Below are positions 47,735-60,420 of a stretch of 64,000 bases of DNA, one piece after another. The notes under the pieces are model-generated. The model was given only the letters and a program-made list of their open reading frames with translations, was not told where the DNA came from and ran no database searches. The stretch's first letter is position 1. Every line of letters begins with the position of its first letter. Origin of the DNA: Octopus sinensis. Its lineage: Eukaryota. The stretch is from assembly GCF_006345805.1 (NCBI RefSeq), contig NC_043023.1:10726001-10790000 (forward strand), given 5' to 3'. A program made the translations under genes and the position numbers.

Positions 47735-48370
47735 AAATTGGTTTCAATTTTGAGCACAAGGCCAGCAATTTTGGGGGCGGGAGTAAGTCGATTACATAGA
47801 CACCAGTGTTTAATAGGTACTTATTTTATCGACCCCAAAAGGATGAAAAGCAAAGTCACCCCTGACTGCATTTGAACTCAGAATGTAACGACATGAAATA
47901 CCGGCAAGCATTTTGCTCAGCACACTAACAATTCTGCCACTTCACCATCTTTACTAATAATAACATATTTGTTTCAAATTTTGGCACAAGGCCAGCAATT
48001 TTGGGTTGAGGGTGCTAGTTGATTGCTTTGATCACAGCACTCAACTGGTAATTTTTTATTGACCCCAAAAGGATGAAAAGCAAAGTCACCCCTGACTGCA
48101 TTTGAACTCAGAATGTAACGACATGAAATACCGGCAAGCATTTTGCTCAGCACACTAACAATTCTGCCACTTCACCATCTTTACTAATAATAACATATTT
48201 GTTTCAAATTTTGGCACAAGGCCAGCAATTTTGGGTTGAGGGTGCTAGTTGATTGCTTTGATCACAGCACTCAACTGGTAATTTTTTATTGACCCCAAAA
48301 GGATGAAAGGCAAAGCCGAACTCAGTGGGATTTGAACTCAGAACATAAAAATGGACAAAATGCCGCTAAG
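47735..48370. repeat. 230-bp tandem repeat (~2.7 copies) of a decayed SINE-C-like segment
   Basis: gtttcaa(a)tttt(g)gcacaaggccagcaatttt near 47741, 47971, 48201. Confidence 0.8.
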
Positions 48371-48649
48371 AAACGGTTTTACCTCTTTAACCCTTTCATT
48401 GCCAACCCAGCTGAACAGTACACGTATCTGTGGAATACTCAGCCAATTGCACGTTAATTCATGGGCAATTAAATCATTTGACCAAAAAAACTAAATCCTC
48501 GCTGCCAGACGGTGGAGATCCATCAGCATTATAAGCGTATAAACCGATCAAAACCTTTTTTTTTCCACCGAAATTAGGCTCATGTACTTGCTTATCTCCC
48601 TTTACTCGCATACTTATCGTCTTTCACTGAGTAATATAGCAACACAAAA

Positions 48650-49580
48650 GGCGGCGAGCTGGCAGAAACGTTAGCACGCCGGGCGAAATGCGTAGCCGTA
48701 TTTCGTCTGCCGTTACGTTCTGAGTTCAAATTCCGCCGAGGTCGACTTTGCCTTTCATCCTTTCGGGGTCAATAAATTAAGTACCAGTTACGCACTGGGG
48801 TTAATATAATCGATGGATTTAATCCGTTTGTCTGTCCTTGTTTGTCCCCTGTGTTTAGCCCCTTAAGAGTAGTAGAGAAATAGGTATTTCGTCTGCCGCT
48901 ACATTCTGAGTTCAAATTCCGCCGAGGTCGACTTTGCCTTTCATCCTTGCGGGGTCGATAAATTAAGTACCAGTTACGCACTGGGGTCAATATAATCGAC
49001 TTAATCCGTTTGTCTGTCCTTGTTTAGCCCCTTAAGGGTAGTAAAGAAATAGGTATTTCGTCTGCCGTTACATTCTGAGTTCAAATTCCGCCGAGGTCAA
49101 CTTTGCCTTTCATCCTTTCGTGGTCGATAAATTAAGTACCAGTTACGCACTGGGGTCAATATAATCGACTTAATCCGCGTGTCTGTCCTTGTTTGTCCCC
49201 TCTGTGTTTAGCCCCTTAAGGGTAGTAAAGAAATAGGTATTTCGTCTGCTGCTATGTTCTGAGTTCAAATTCCGCCGAGGTCGACTTTGACTTTCATCCT
49301 TTCGGGGTCGATAAATTAAGTACCAGTTACGCACTGGGGTCGATGTAATCGACTTACTCCGTTTGTCCCCTCTGTGTTTAGCCCCTTGTGGGTAGTAAAG
49401 AAATAGGTATTTCGTCTGCCGCTACATTCTGAGTTCAAATTCCGCCGAGGTCGACTTTGCCTTTCATCCTTTCGGGGTCGATAAATTAAGTACCAGTTGC
49501 GCACTGGGGTCGATGTAATAGACTTAATCCGTTTGTTTGTCCTCTCTGTATTTAGCCCCTTGTGGGTAGTAAAGAAATAG
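48650..49580 (+). mobile_element. SINE family C with ~5 tandem 3' parts
   Basis: One head, then repeated ctgagttcaaattccgccgaggtc...aaataggtat units. Confidence 0.85.
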
Positions 49581-49604
49581 AAATAGGTATTTGGTCAGTT
49601 TTTC

Positions 49605-50370
49605 TCCTTGATATAATTGCCTCTTCAGTTATCCGCTAGGAGCAAAGTTGTTATTAATAAACCTAATAATGGTGATTAGGGTAGATTAGTATCTACCATC
49701 GACTTATGTTTTTGGCTGGATCTTTATTTTATTGATTCCGAAGCAATGAAAGATAAAATTGACATCGGCAGAATTTGAGCTCAGAACGAAAGAGGCACTG
49801 CTTGGCCTAAATAATTACTATTAATTTTGGTACACGACTACAATTTCGTTTCGGTATAGTATTTCCCTTTTTATAAGTTTTTGTCAGGGATACCTGTAGT
49901 AGTAGTTATTCTTTGACCTTTTCTCCGAAATTAGTGACTTTTCTGGGTGAATTTCTACATTTGTGTCAAAGCTGCAGAGGAAAGGATTATACGGAAGATA
50001 AGAAGTCAGATTAGATTGTGAGTAAAGCAATAATTTCATCTCATTTTTATATTTTAGTTCGTTTTCTCATTCTACAAACCTCCCACAAGAACTGTAAAAG
50101 AATTTCCAGTCTGAAATCTTAAGATATTCAAGTTTTGTTTACATTTTACCCATCATAAATACTATACTAAATCTGCTAAAATTATGAAAATTAAGTTATC
50201 ACTCTGTATTATAATTAACGATAACTTCAGACAATAACTGGTCGGAGGTAAAGAATACGTACACCACTCGTTTTTGGCGTAACGAAAACCCTAACCATCG
50301 GGTGTATGTATTTTTTACTTTCGCCCAATTAATCTTCCTTTTGTTGCCGTAAGTAACAACGACTGTTGCA
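49605..50370 (+). promoter_or_regulatory. Upstream module/first exon of ZNF-3; diverged paralogous copy at 61735-62560
   Basis: Colinear similarity between the two blocks; conserved donor ttgttgcc|gtaagt (50349) and ttgttgca|gtaagt (62544). Confidence 0.6.
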
Positions 50371-50518
50371 AAAGTTGCAAGATGCAACAAAAATTTTAGG
50401 AAAAATGAATACCTAAATGAGTGGAAATCGAACCAGTGTGTGTGTTAAATAATAAGGCATTAAAAGAGAATGACCCTCCCCAGACACGATAACAATATAC
50501 AGTAATATCGTTATAACG

Positions 50519-50617
<99 letters not shown>

Positions 50618-50667
50618 ATATATATATACATATATATATACATATATATATATATATATGTGTGTGT

Positions 50668-51130
50668 GTGGAAGCGCAATGGTCCAGTGGTTAGGGCAGC
50701 GGACTCGCGGTTTCGATTCCCAGACCGGGCATTGTGAGTGTTTATTGAGCGAAAACACCTAAAGCTCCACGAGGCTCCATCAGGGGGTAGTGGTGAACTC
50801 TGCTGTTCTCTTTCACCATAACTTCCTCTCACTCTTTCGTTCAGTTGTACCTGTATTTCAAAGGGCCAGCCTTGTCACACTCTGTGTCACGCTGAATCTC
50901 CCCGTGTCTGTGGAGTGCTCAGTCACTTGTACGTTAATAAATGAGCTGCGACGTCACTGGTGCCAAGCTGTATCGGACTTTGCCTTTCCCTTGGATAACA
51001 TTGGTGGTGTGGAGAGGAGAGGCTGGTATGCATGGGCGACTGCTGGACTTCCATAAACAACCTTGCCCAGACTTGTGCCACGGAGGGTAACTTTCTAGGT
51101 GCAATGGTCATTCATGACCGAAGGGGGTCA
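50668..51130 (+). mobile_element. Composite SINE (head 1, partial tail X, tail Z)
   Basis: Segments match 1990-2374 and 59215-59485. Confidence 0.7.
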
Positions 51131-51482
51131 CAATATATATATACAGGGTGCTCCACAAAAAAAACCCCAGGAAATTCGATACAGTTTTTTTTTTATTGTT
51201 GGAAATAGAAAATAGAGTGGTTGTATACTGTCAACTTAACGTGACAGTCCTGTAAGGGAATTACACCACCGATGTTTAGCCCTAGGAAGCATTGACGCTT
51301 CCTGTCGGCCTTGACACATTTCCTGTGTCCTTATATATTTACGAAGGGGAGACAAATACCACCAACAGTTAGGCCTGCATCTAGAGACATGCATCTTTCA
51401 GGGTCTTTGCCCATCATCGGTCTAGAGTAGCAGAGGCCTGCTAGCTGAAGATATCTGTCTAGACTTCGTAAATATATATATA

Positions 51483-51856
51483 CTAGCAGTATCACCCGGC
51501 GTTGCTCGGGTTTGTTTCGACCCTATAGAATTGGAATTTTTGAAAAGTAAAAATTTTGCATTATGTAGCTTGTTATTCTCTTTAAGTGAACATTTTTCTG
51601 GTTGAAATACACCGAAAAATGGTGACAAAGCAGTAAAAAAATCGTAAAAAATAGGGCTTTTCATAGAAAAAAAACACATTTTTGATGTTAACATGGTCTG
51701 ATTTGAATTTTTTCTTGTATGGAAGGAAGAGCAAGCCTTCTTCTATCATACTCTCAATTTTGATCAACTTGCGCTGCTGGGTCTCGGAGGAGATAGTGTT
51801 AGTTGAAGGCTACCAAACCTGCCATACACAGACAACTTCAGCTTTATATATAGAGA
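51483..51856 (-). mobile_element. Non-autonomous Helitron
   Basis: Minus strand TCtctatatataaagc...cccgagcaacgccggg...CTAG|T. Confidence 0.85.
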
Positions 51857-53489
51857 GGTTTCACTCAACTTTCACTGTTACCTTCCTCTGTCAATAAATA
51901 TCCAGTTATTCTTAAACTTACTTCAAAATGATGATGAACATCACCACTGCTATCATCATCATTTTAACATCCACTTTCCCATGCCTGCATGGGTCAGGTG
52001 GAATATGTTGAAGGGCAATTTCCACAGTTGGATGCTCTTCCTGTCCCCAAGCTTTATCTGTTTCTAAATAAGGTAATATCTCCACCCTGGCTGGACTGGT
52101 TTCCATGAAGATTGGAATCCAATCACACCATTTGCATTGCAGTGACACCCTTAACAGACAACATATCATTTCCTGTACCCTGTAATAAGGTATGGGGTCA
52201 TTTAATAATTGTTGCTAAACCAACACTGCGACCCACCACCCTCTACTTTGGTAAATGCTGTCTCTCAGCACTTTTGCGTCGATACTTACTGACCAGTGAT
52301 ACATTGATGACTGTTTCATCTCAGTATGACCCTCACTCCTCCATGGGTTGGCTTGGTGTTGAGTCAAATATTTATTGTTGCCGTGGTGGTCATAAAATCC
52401 AATTATTTTCTATGTTGCATGTAGTGTAGATATCTCATATGTAATATCTTTATTGTTCAGCCGCACGTGATGTTTGATGTGGTCCTGCACAGAATCACTA
52501 CGGTTTGTAGGATGGAGTCATACATACATATATGCATTCCTACATACATACATGCATGCATGCATACATACATACATGCATATATACATATGTATGTATG
52601 TATACAATGTTAGAGGTATGGGTATAGGAGCACATGCATAATATACTTGCATGTATGCATGTATATATATATATATATATATACATATATATATAATATA
52701 TATGTATATATATATACGTATGTATATATATATATAAACACACATGTGTATGTACATATATATAAATTTGAAATTACAATCAAGAGAACAGAGTACATAA
52801 TAATGTAAATTGTAACTATATATGCATGAATATATACATACATACATACATACATACATACATACATTTATACCTAAACATATGTATACATATCCATAAG
52901 TCTACTACAGAAAATGAAACTTAGCGCGCGAAGTTCTTTGAAGTTCGCGCTCCGCTTGTGTGTGTGTGTGCGTGCTTTAGGTGTACGTAGGTATGTGTTT
53001 TTGTGTGTGTGTCACTGAAGCCATACATACATATATACATACATAACCTCTCTCTCTCTCTTTTCTGTCTCAGTCACTCACTACGAAAAGTGAATTACTT
53101 TCACTTTAATTGTTGCAGACTTGCAAAGAGAAAGGAGTAGAAATTAGAGTGATAGCATGAGTGAATCAGATCACTCCGTTTTTGTGTGTGTGTGCGTGTG
53201 CTGTAGCCCACACTAAGAAAAGCACTTGACTTAGACACCACAATGTGAGTTTTCTCTAAATTTTGCTTAATTGGGGTTGAAATTTTAAAAACCGGACCTG
53301 GCACGACCCGATTTATTCTACTCTTAAAAATGCTAGTAAATTGTAATTGAAGAAATCCTATATTGTAGATTTCTATAAGAGACAAAGGGAGGCAGATAAA
53401 ATCTGCCTTTTATAATAAGAGATATATTTTCAGTGAAGTTTATTCAGTGAAGAATAAACTAAACAGAAAATAGTTATTGTTAAAATAGA

Positions 53490-54700
53490 ACAAAAACACA
53501 AATGTTGGATGTGTTCAAAATGCTTTCCATGGGCAACTGCACAACAACATAGACAGTTTAGCCAACATCCAGTTGCCCTTTGGATGATTTCAAGTGGGAT
53601 ATTGTTCCAAGCTTCCACAATCTAAGGATTGTATGTCTCTGACCGCTCTCTCCTCTGTAATTGAAGTTGATGTTACAGTAAACCCCACATGGTAAAATCC
53701 ATTACGTTGAGATCTGGACTTTTTGAGGACCATTCATTAGGTTCAGTGAAATGAGAAGAATTGGCTCTGAGCCAGGCAACACTGCCCTTGGCTGTATGAG
53801 CCTTTGCTCCATCCTGTTGCCATGTCCATCTATCTCCTTTCGTTACTTCGTTTATGTTGTGGAATATTTGGGTGCACATTTCATCTCGATGTGGAGGTGC
53901 GTGGCTTAGTGGTTAGGGTGTCAGCATCATGATCGCAAGATTGTGGTTTCGATTCCTGGACCGGGCAACGCATTGTGTTCTTGAGCAAGACACTTCATTT
54001 CACATTGCTCCAGTCCACTCAGCTGGCAAAAATGAGTAACGCTGCGATGGACTGGCGTCCCGTCCAGCTGGAGTACACACATATGCCATAGAAATTGGGA
54101 AACTGGGCCCATGAGCCTGGCTAGGCTTTAAAAGGACGCAAGTGGAGGCACGTGGCTTAGTGGTTAGGGTGTCAGCATCATGATCGTAAAATTGTGGTTT
54201 TGATTCATGGACCGGGCGACGCGTTGTGTTCTTGAGCAAAACACTTCATTTCACATTGCTCCAGTCCACTCAGCTGGCAAAAATGAGTAACACTGCGATG
54301 GACCAGCATCCTGTCCAGCTGGGGAACACATTCGCCATAGAAACTGGGCCCATGAGCCTGGGTAGGCTTTAAAAGGGCGTGTTTATTTTTATTATTATTT
54401 CATCTTGATACACGAGCTGGTTTACAGTTTTTCTTTCTTTCTTCTGTACGATGGAAGATGTTCTTGCCCAACAGCATCTCCTTCAATAAACTGCAATTCC
54501 GTTTTTACCATACCAGGAGACTGCACTATAACATATGAGTGATGGCTGTTGTTTATCAGTTTCCACCAGTAGATCATTCTCAGAAATGTTTGTTTTAACC
54601 TGGACAGCACGATACATGCAATCATTTTGGGAGTTCAAAGGTGAATGAAAACTGAAATTTAATTCATTGGAAAGCTACATTTGTTTCCACTTATTGTGTC
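53490..54700 (-). pseudogene. Tc1/mariner-superfamily transposase remnant split by two SINEs
   Basis: WTWQQDGAKAHTAK...EWSSKSPDLNVMDFTMWGLL and AWNNIPLEIIQRA...HGKHFEH; upstream KTELQFIEG is less certain. Confidence 0.75.
53894..54380 (+). mobile_element. Two tandem SINEs (head 2, tail Y)
   Basis: Copies at 53894-54135 and 54144-54380 with A and B boxes and the ttgagcaa(g/a)acactt body. Confidence 0.85.
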
Positions 54701-54792
54701 CTTTGAAACGATTTATCGGTGCCGGACATTTTTGTTCTCATGCTTTTTCATGTGCTTCGTTAAGAAAATTGCATTTAATTCTCCTACAGCAG

Positions 54793-55745
54793 GCACAGGA
54801 GTGGCTGTGTGGTAAGTAGCTTGTTTACCAACCACATGGTTCCGGGTTCAGTCCCACTGCGTGGCATCTTGGGCAAGTGTCTTCTACTATAGCCTCGGGC
54901 TGACCAAAGCCTTGTGAGTGGATTTGGTAGACAGAAACTGAAAGAAGCCTGTCGTATATAGGTACAGGAGTGGCTGTGTGGTAAGTAGCTTGCTAACCAA
55001 CCACATGGTTCCAGGTTCAGTACCACTGCATGGCACCTTGGGCAAGTGTCTTCTACTATAGCCTCGGGCCGACCAAAGCCTTGTGAGTGGATTTGGTAGA
55101 CAGAAACTGAAAGAAGCCCATTGTATATATATATACATAGAGAGAGAGAGAGAGAGATGCAGGAGTGGCTGTGTGGTAAGTAGCTTGCTTACCAACCACA
55201 TGGTTCCGGGTTCAGTCCCACTGCGTGTCACCTTGGGCAAGTGTCTTCTACTATAGCCTCGGGCCGACCAAAGCCTTGTGAGTGGATTTGGTAGACAGAA
55301 ACTGAAAGAAGCCCATTGTATATATATATACATAGAGAGAGAGAGAGAGAGATGCAGGAGTGGCTGTGTGGTAAGTAGCTTGCTTACCAACCACATGGTT
55401 CCGGGTTCAGTCCCACTGCGTGGCACCTTGGGCAAGTGTCTTCTACTATAGCCTCGGGCTGACCAAAGCCTTGTGAGTGGATTTGGTAGACAGAAACTGA
55501 AAGAAGCCTGTCGTATATATGTATATATATATATATATGTGTGTGTGTCTGTGTTCGTCCCCCTAGCATTGCTTGACAACCGATGCTGGTGTGTTTATGT
55601 CCCCGTCACTTAGCGGTTCGGCAAAAGAGACCGATAGAATAAGTTCTGGGCTTACAAAAGAATAAGTACCGGGGTTGAGTTGCTCGATTAAAGGCGGTGC
55701 TCCAGCATGGCCGCAGTCAAATGACTGAAACAAGTAAAAGAGAAA
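54793..55745 (+). mobile_element. SINE family A with four tandem head/body units and one tail
   Basis: caggagtggctgtgtggtaag near 54795, 54965, 55159, 55354; tail at 55545-55745. Confidence 0.9.
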
Positions 55746-56414
55746 GAGAGCACTTTAATTTGGATTGTTGAAAAATGTGAAGGACTGTAGTTCTCAGCAG
55801 ACTTCACATTGACTGGAATGTTTTCTTTTGTGTGTTGGTGGTGTGACAGCAAGGTCCAACACAGCCCATTTGGTAGGCAAATGAATTTTCTTGATTGTGC
55901 CTGATCCACACTTAAGGACTTTAGCAGCAGGTGACCCATCCCTTTTTAAGTACAGCTACAACATTGGTAAATTGATTTTTAGTTATCAAACTAAAGAATT
56001 CTCACAAAATTTCTTGGCATTTTTTTCAGTGCAAAGTCCTGTTGAGGCAAGTGAAATCAAAATCAAACCATCCCTGCACCTCTACGACCATGTCTATATA
56101 AAAATGTAGTAAAACTTTCACTGTTTTAATCTCTCTAATTCCTAATTATCTTGTATGTTTTACACTGTTGTTTCTCTTTCCTTTCAGATTATCAGATGAC
56201 ATCTGCTTCACAGGATTTTTACATAAGCAACGTCATTAGAATGGAAAGTCTTTTGAAGACTGAGCAAAGATGTTATACAAAACACGTATAACCCTGTTTC
56301 TATGAATATTTACTGAATTACTGCAAAATATATCTTCTGAACTCTGACATATATGTAGCAAAATTTCTCTTCTTTATTGTCTGGAATACACAGAAAATTA
56401 TATTTGCATATTAA

Positions 56415-56737
56415 TTAATCATTTAGCATTTCAACTAGCACAATAATTCTGACCTCTCACACTCACCCTGCAGTGTCAATTTAAACAGAAACAATCAAAT
56501 CACTGAAGTCTCAAAGCTATGAGATAATCCATGATTAATTCAAAACAATATGAATAAATAAGCATTACATTTCACAAAGGAATCTCAATGCTAAACGGTT
56601 AAACTGGCCATATTTTTGTGTGTTTTATATTCATACTAGCCAGATCCCACCCCTCACACCCACCCTACAAGGCCATTCTAAAAATAAACAATCACAACAT
56701 TGAAATCTGAACATGATAACATAATGAATGATTAATT
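56415..56737 (-). mobile_element. Rearranged piggyBac-type MITE (same family as 44035-44253) in the ZNF-3 leader
   Basis: The reverse complement ttaaccgtttagcattgagatt...gaattaatcatggattatctcat matches the 44035 element. Confidence 0.65.
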
Positions 56738-56939
56738 CAGAAGAATTTCAATAAACATTCTATTTGACAGAGTAATCTGAATGTTAATGAGTTAAAGCAA
56801 TTAAGAAGGCAATTTGCAGCATCTTCAGATATTAACAAAGAACACTTTTGATGGAGATATATCAGTAGAAATATTTGTTCAGAGCAATATACGAGAAGAA
56901 GGAAAACCTTTGTGACCTGTGACAAGAGAAAGGAACATT

Positions 56940-58055
56940 ATGGAAAATGAATTATTTAGGAGTGAAGTTGAATGTAAAAGAGAGTCTGAAGAAATTGATT
57001 TTTCTGATGAGGAAAAGAATGAAAAGGGCAAAACATCATATGATTGTGATATCTGTGGCAAGTTGTTCTCTCGGAAAGCTAAGTTAGTCATTCACGAACG
57101 TACTCATACAGGAGAAAAACCATATCACTGTGATATCTGTGGTAAATCTTGGACTCAGAAAGGTAACTTGACTACTCACCAACGTATTCATACAGGAGAG
57201 AAGCCATATCGCTCTGATATCTGTGGTAAGTCATTGTCACAAGATAGTGATTTAACAAGACACAAGCAGATTCACTCAAGAGGAAAATATTTGTACTGTG
57301 ACATCTGTGGTAAATCATTCTCGCGGAAAGATAACTTAGTCATCCACCAACGTATTCATACAGGTGAGAAGCCATATCATTGTGTTATCTGTGGTAAATC
57401 GTTCGCTTGGAAAGGTAACTTGACTGCTCACCGACGTTTTCATACAGGAGAGAAGCCATATCACTGTGATATCTGTGGTAAACTATTGTCAAATCGTAGT
57501 ACGTTAACAAGACACAAACAGATTCACACAAAAGGAAAATATTTACAGTGTGATGTCTGTGGTAAATCATTTTTTGATACTCATCATTTAACCACTCACA
57601 AACGCATTCATACAAGCGAAAAACCATATCGCTGTGATATCTGTGGTAAATCATTCTATGAAAATAGTTACCTAACTACTCACTTGCGCATTCATACAGG
57701 AGAAAAGCCATATCATTGCGATATCTGTGGTAAATCATTTTCTCATGGTCCCAGCTTAACTGTTCACAAAAACATTCATTCAGGTGAGAAGCCATTTCAC
57801 TGTGGAATCTGTGGTAAATCCTTCTCTCGAAATTATCACTTGACTACTCACAAGCACATTCATACTGGAGAGAAACCATATCATTGTGAAATCTGTGGTA
57901 AATCCTTCATTCGAAATGATTACTTATCTAGTCACATACGTACTCACACAGGTGAGAAGGCATATCATTGTGATATCTGTGGTAAATCGTTTGCTCAGAG
58001 AAGCAGCTTGACTACTCACAAGAGCATTCATATGAGAAACAAACCACACCAATGA
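56940..58055 (+). CDS. C2H2 zinc-finger protein ZNF-3 (371 aa, 12 fingers, finger 3 lacks its first Cys)
   Basis: ATG at 56940 (MENELF, as in ZNF-2); leader acceptor ctttcag at 56186-56187. Confidence 0.92.
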   Translation: MENELFRSEVECKRESEEIDFSDEEKNEKGKTSYDCDICGKLFSRKAKLVIHERTHTGEKPYHCDICGKSWTQKGNLTTHQRIHTGEKPYRSDICGKSLSQDSDLTRHKQIHSRGKYLYCDICGKSFSRKDNLVIHQRIHTGEKPYHCVICGKSFAWKGNLTAHRRFHTGEKPYHCDICGKLLSNRSTLTRHKQIHTKGKYLQCDVCGKSFFDTHHLTTHKRIHTSEKPYRCDICGKSFYENSYLTTHLRIHTGEKPYHCDICGKSFSHGPSLTVHKNIHSGEKPFHCGICGKSFSRNYHLTTHKHIHTGEKPYHCEICGKSFIRNDYLSSHIRTHTGEKAYHCDICGKSFAQRSSLTTHKSIHMRNKPHQ

Positions 58056-58260
58056 TCCATCATCATTGTTTTCACGTCCACGGTTGTCATGCTCTCATGG
58101 GTCAGATGGAATTTGGTGAGGTGGATTTTCTCTGTCCAGATGGCCATCTTGTTACCAACTTTCACCTGTTTCAAACTAAGATATTTCCCCATGATCAGAC
58201 ATGTTTTTATGTCAGATTGGAGATGGACACTGCTTGTATGGTAGTGACACTCGTTTACAA
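58055..58260 (-). mobile_element. Decayed retroelement 3' tail abutting the ZNF-3 stop codon
   Basis: atccatcatcattgttttcacgtccac...catgggtcagatgg resembles the (ATC)n-tailed element at 44987 and ~51950. Confidence 0.55.
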
Positions 58261-58869
58261 CTATCACACAGTCTCAAGGCAAGGATATAATAACACACAC
58301 ACACACATACACACATTCATAAGCCCCTCACACGTCTATGAAACATCCCCCTCTATCCTCTGTACCACTAATATTCCCCCACCACCAATACCTTTTGTGT
58401 ATGTCCTCATACATCTCCAACATCATCCATTTCTCTATATATATCTGAAAACAATTATAATAATAATATTTTATCTATTCTAAATGATCTTGACATTGTT
58501 TTTGACTTTACATAAAATATTCTTTACATTCTACTGTTGTTTTATTGTCATTTATTTACAAGTATTATTAATTTTATTGGTAAAATATTTTTCTAGGAAT
58601 GAATTACAATTTATAACATTGCTTCTATGGGAAATTATTGCTTTGCTTTATGAGTTTTCACTTTAGGAGCAATCTCCAGAAGAAATTAACTCATATATCA
58701 AGGCATTATTGTATCTGACATTATTTTGGCACAAGGGCAGCAATTTCAGGGGAAGGAGTAAGTTGAATAACCACATGGATCAGCATGTGTGCTTTTTATG
58801 TGAACTAGCGTGAGTGCTTCTTACAGGAACCCACACAATATATATATATATATTTATATATGTATATTT

Positions 58870-59188
58870 AAAGGGCTAAAGAGCCACTAGGTGGTCAGCC
58901 GTATGCTAGAAGTAGATCACCTACGATCAAACTACAAAGAAAAGAATGTTCTCTAGAGGAAAATTCAGCAGACACCAGAACAATTTTCCTGTAGAGAACA
59001 TTCTTTTCTTTGTAGTTTGATCGTTGGTGATCTATTTCTAGCATACGGCCGACTACCTAGTGGTCTTGCCCTTTGAATATACACGTATTAGAATTTTCTC
59101 TGATTTTTCAGATTTTTGTATGCTAGGCTACTGGTTTTAAATTGATGTTAATTAAATTAATATTCAATTTATCTCCCTCATTATTTAA
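58870..59188. mobile_element. (TA)n-embedded fold-back insertion
   Basis: Inverted arms 58870-58965 and 58982-59074 with a 16-nt spacer, then a unique segment ending ctccctcattatttaa|(TA). Confidence 0.8.
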
Positions 59189-59214
59189 ATATATATTTAT
59201 ATAAATATTGGTGA

Positions 59215-59485
59215 AGTCAAATGGATTAGTGATTAGAGCGTCGGGCGCAGAATTGTTCTTCACATTGCTCCAGTTCACTCAGCTGTAGAAATGAGTTGCG
59301 ATGTCACTGGTGCCAAGCTGTATCAGCCTTTATCTTTCCCTTGGACAACTTTGGTGGTGTGGAGAGGGGAAAGCCGGTATGCATGGGTGATTGCTGGTCT
59401 TCTATAAACAACCGTTGCCAGACTTGCCCCTCAGAGGGGAACTTTCTAGGTGTAATCTCATAGTCATGAATGAATGAAGTGGGGT
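59215..59485 (+). mobile_element. Decayed SINE (head 2-like, tail Z)
   Basis: cacattgctccagttcactcagctg body plus gtcactggtgccaagctgtatc tail as at ~50950. Confidence 0.65.
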
Positions 59486-59929
59486 CTTTTCTTTTTTCTT
59501 ATATTGTTTGTTCCTTCTTGAGCCATGCCTGGCTCATAGGGCCGGTTTCATTGGCATATAGGTTCCCCACCTGGACAGGAATATATGGGGTCAGTGTAAC
59601 ATCCTTCTGGAAACCAAACAAGCTTGTGTATTCAGTTCTGGCAACAAACTGAGGGGGTTCTATCTTGTTCTTTCTGAAAGGGCCAACAAATGTTAATCTA
59701 TAATTCTCCAAGAGATTAACTCTAAATCCATAACTTGTAAACCATTGTAATATTTCTTCCAGACCCTTTTATATGAGACACCAACCATTTTACCACTGCT
59801 GCTGTTGCTGTTGAGTGTAGCGATCTTCGTCCTAGTGGGAGAAGTCCGAAGCATGGTCCTTTGCTATTTGTAAGACCCGCAGAAGAGAAAGCAGGTCAAC
59901 CCCCGACACCGAGAGCATCGATGGATGGA

Positions 59930-60170
59930 TGAATGCACATCCAGGCTCAGCGGTTGTGTAGGAAGTCAGGTACAAGAAACAGGAAGAAAGAGTGAGAGAA
60001 AGTTGGAGTGAAAGAGTACAACAGGGGTCACCACCACCCCCTGCTGGAGCCTCATGGAGCTTTAGGTGTTTTCACTCAATAAACACACACAACGCCCGGT
60101 CTGGGAATCAAAACTGTGGTCCACCGACCACGAGTCCGCTGCCCTAACCACTGGGCCATTGCGCCTCCAC
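59930..60170 (-). mobile_element. SINE head 1 family fragment
   Basis: Reverse complement of gtggaggcgcaatggcccagtggttagggcagcggactcg... Confidence 0.8.
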
Positions 60171-60254
60171 TACCACTGCTGCTCCTGAATTACCTATAGA
60201 AGGGCCTTCTGCTTGTTTCCCCAAATAGACCTCCATACATGATGCATAGAACGT

Positions 60255-60420
60255 TTTAGTATCGGCCAAAATAAATATTTTTATGCCATATTTTGCTGGT
60301 TTAATTGGCTTGTAGAACTTGAATGGACATCATAATTGGAGATACAATTATCCATAAATTTCTCAAAGAACTTTCTAAAAGGTGCAATCTTATCTTCTAC
60401 ATTGTACATTAACTTAGTGG
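60255..60420 (-). pseudogene. piggyBac-like transposase fragment
   Basis: DKIAPFRKFFEKFMDNCISNY followed, after a deletion and shift, by KPIKPAKYGIKI (KPxKYGIK motif). Confidence 0.6.
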
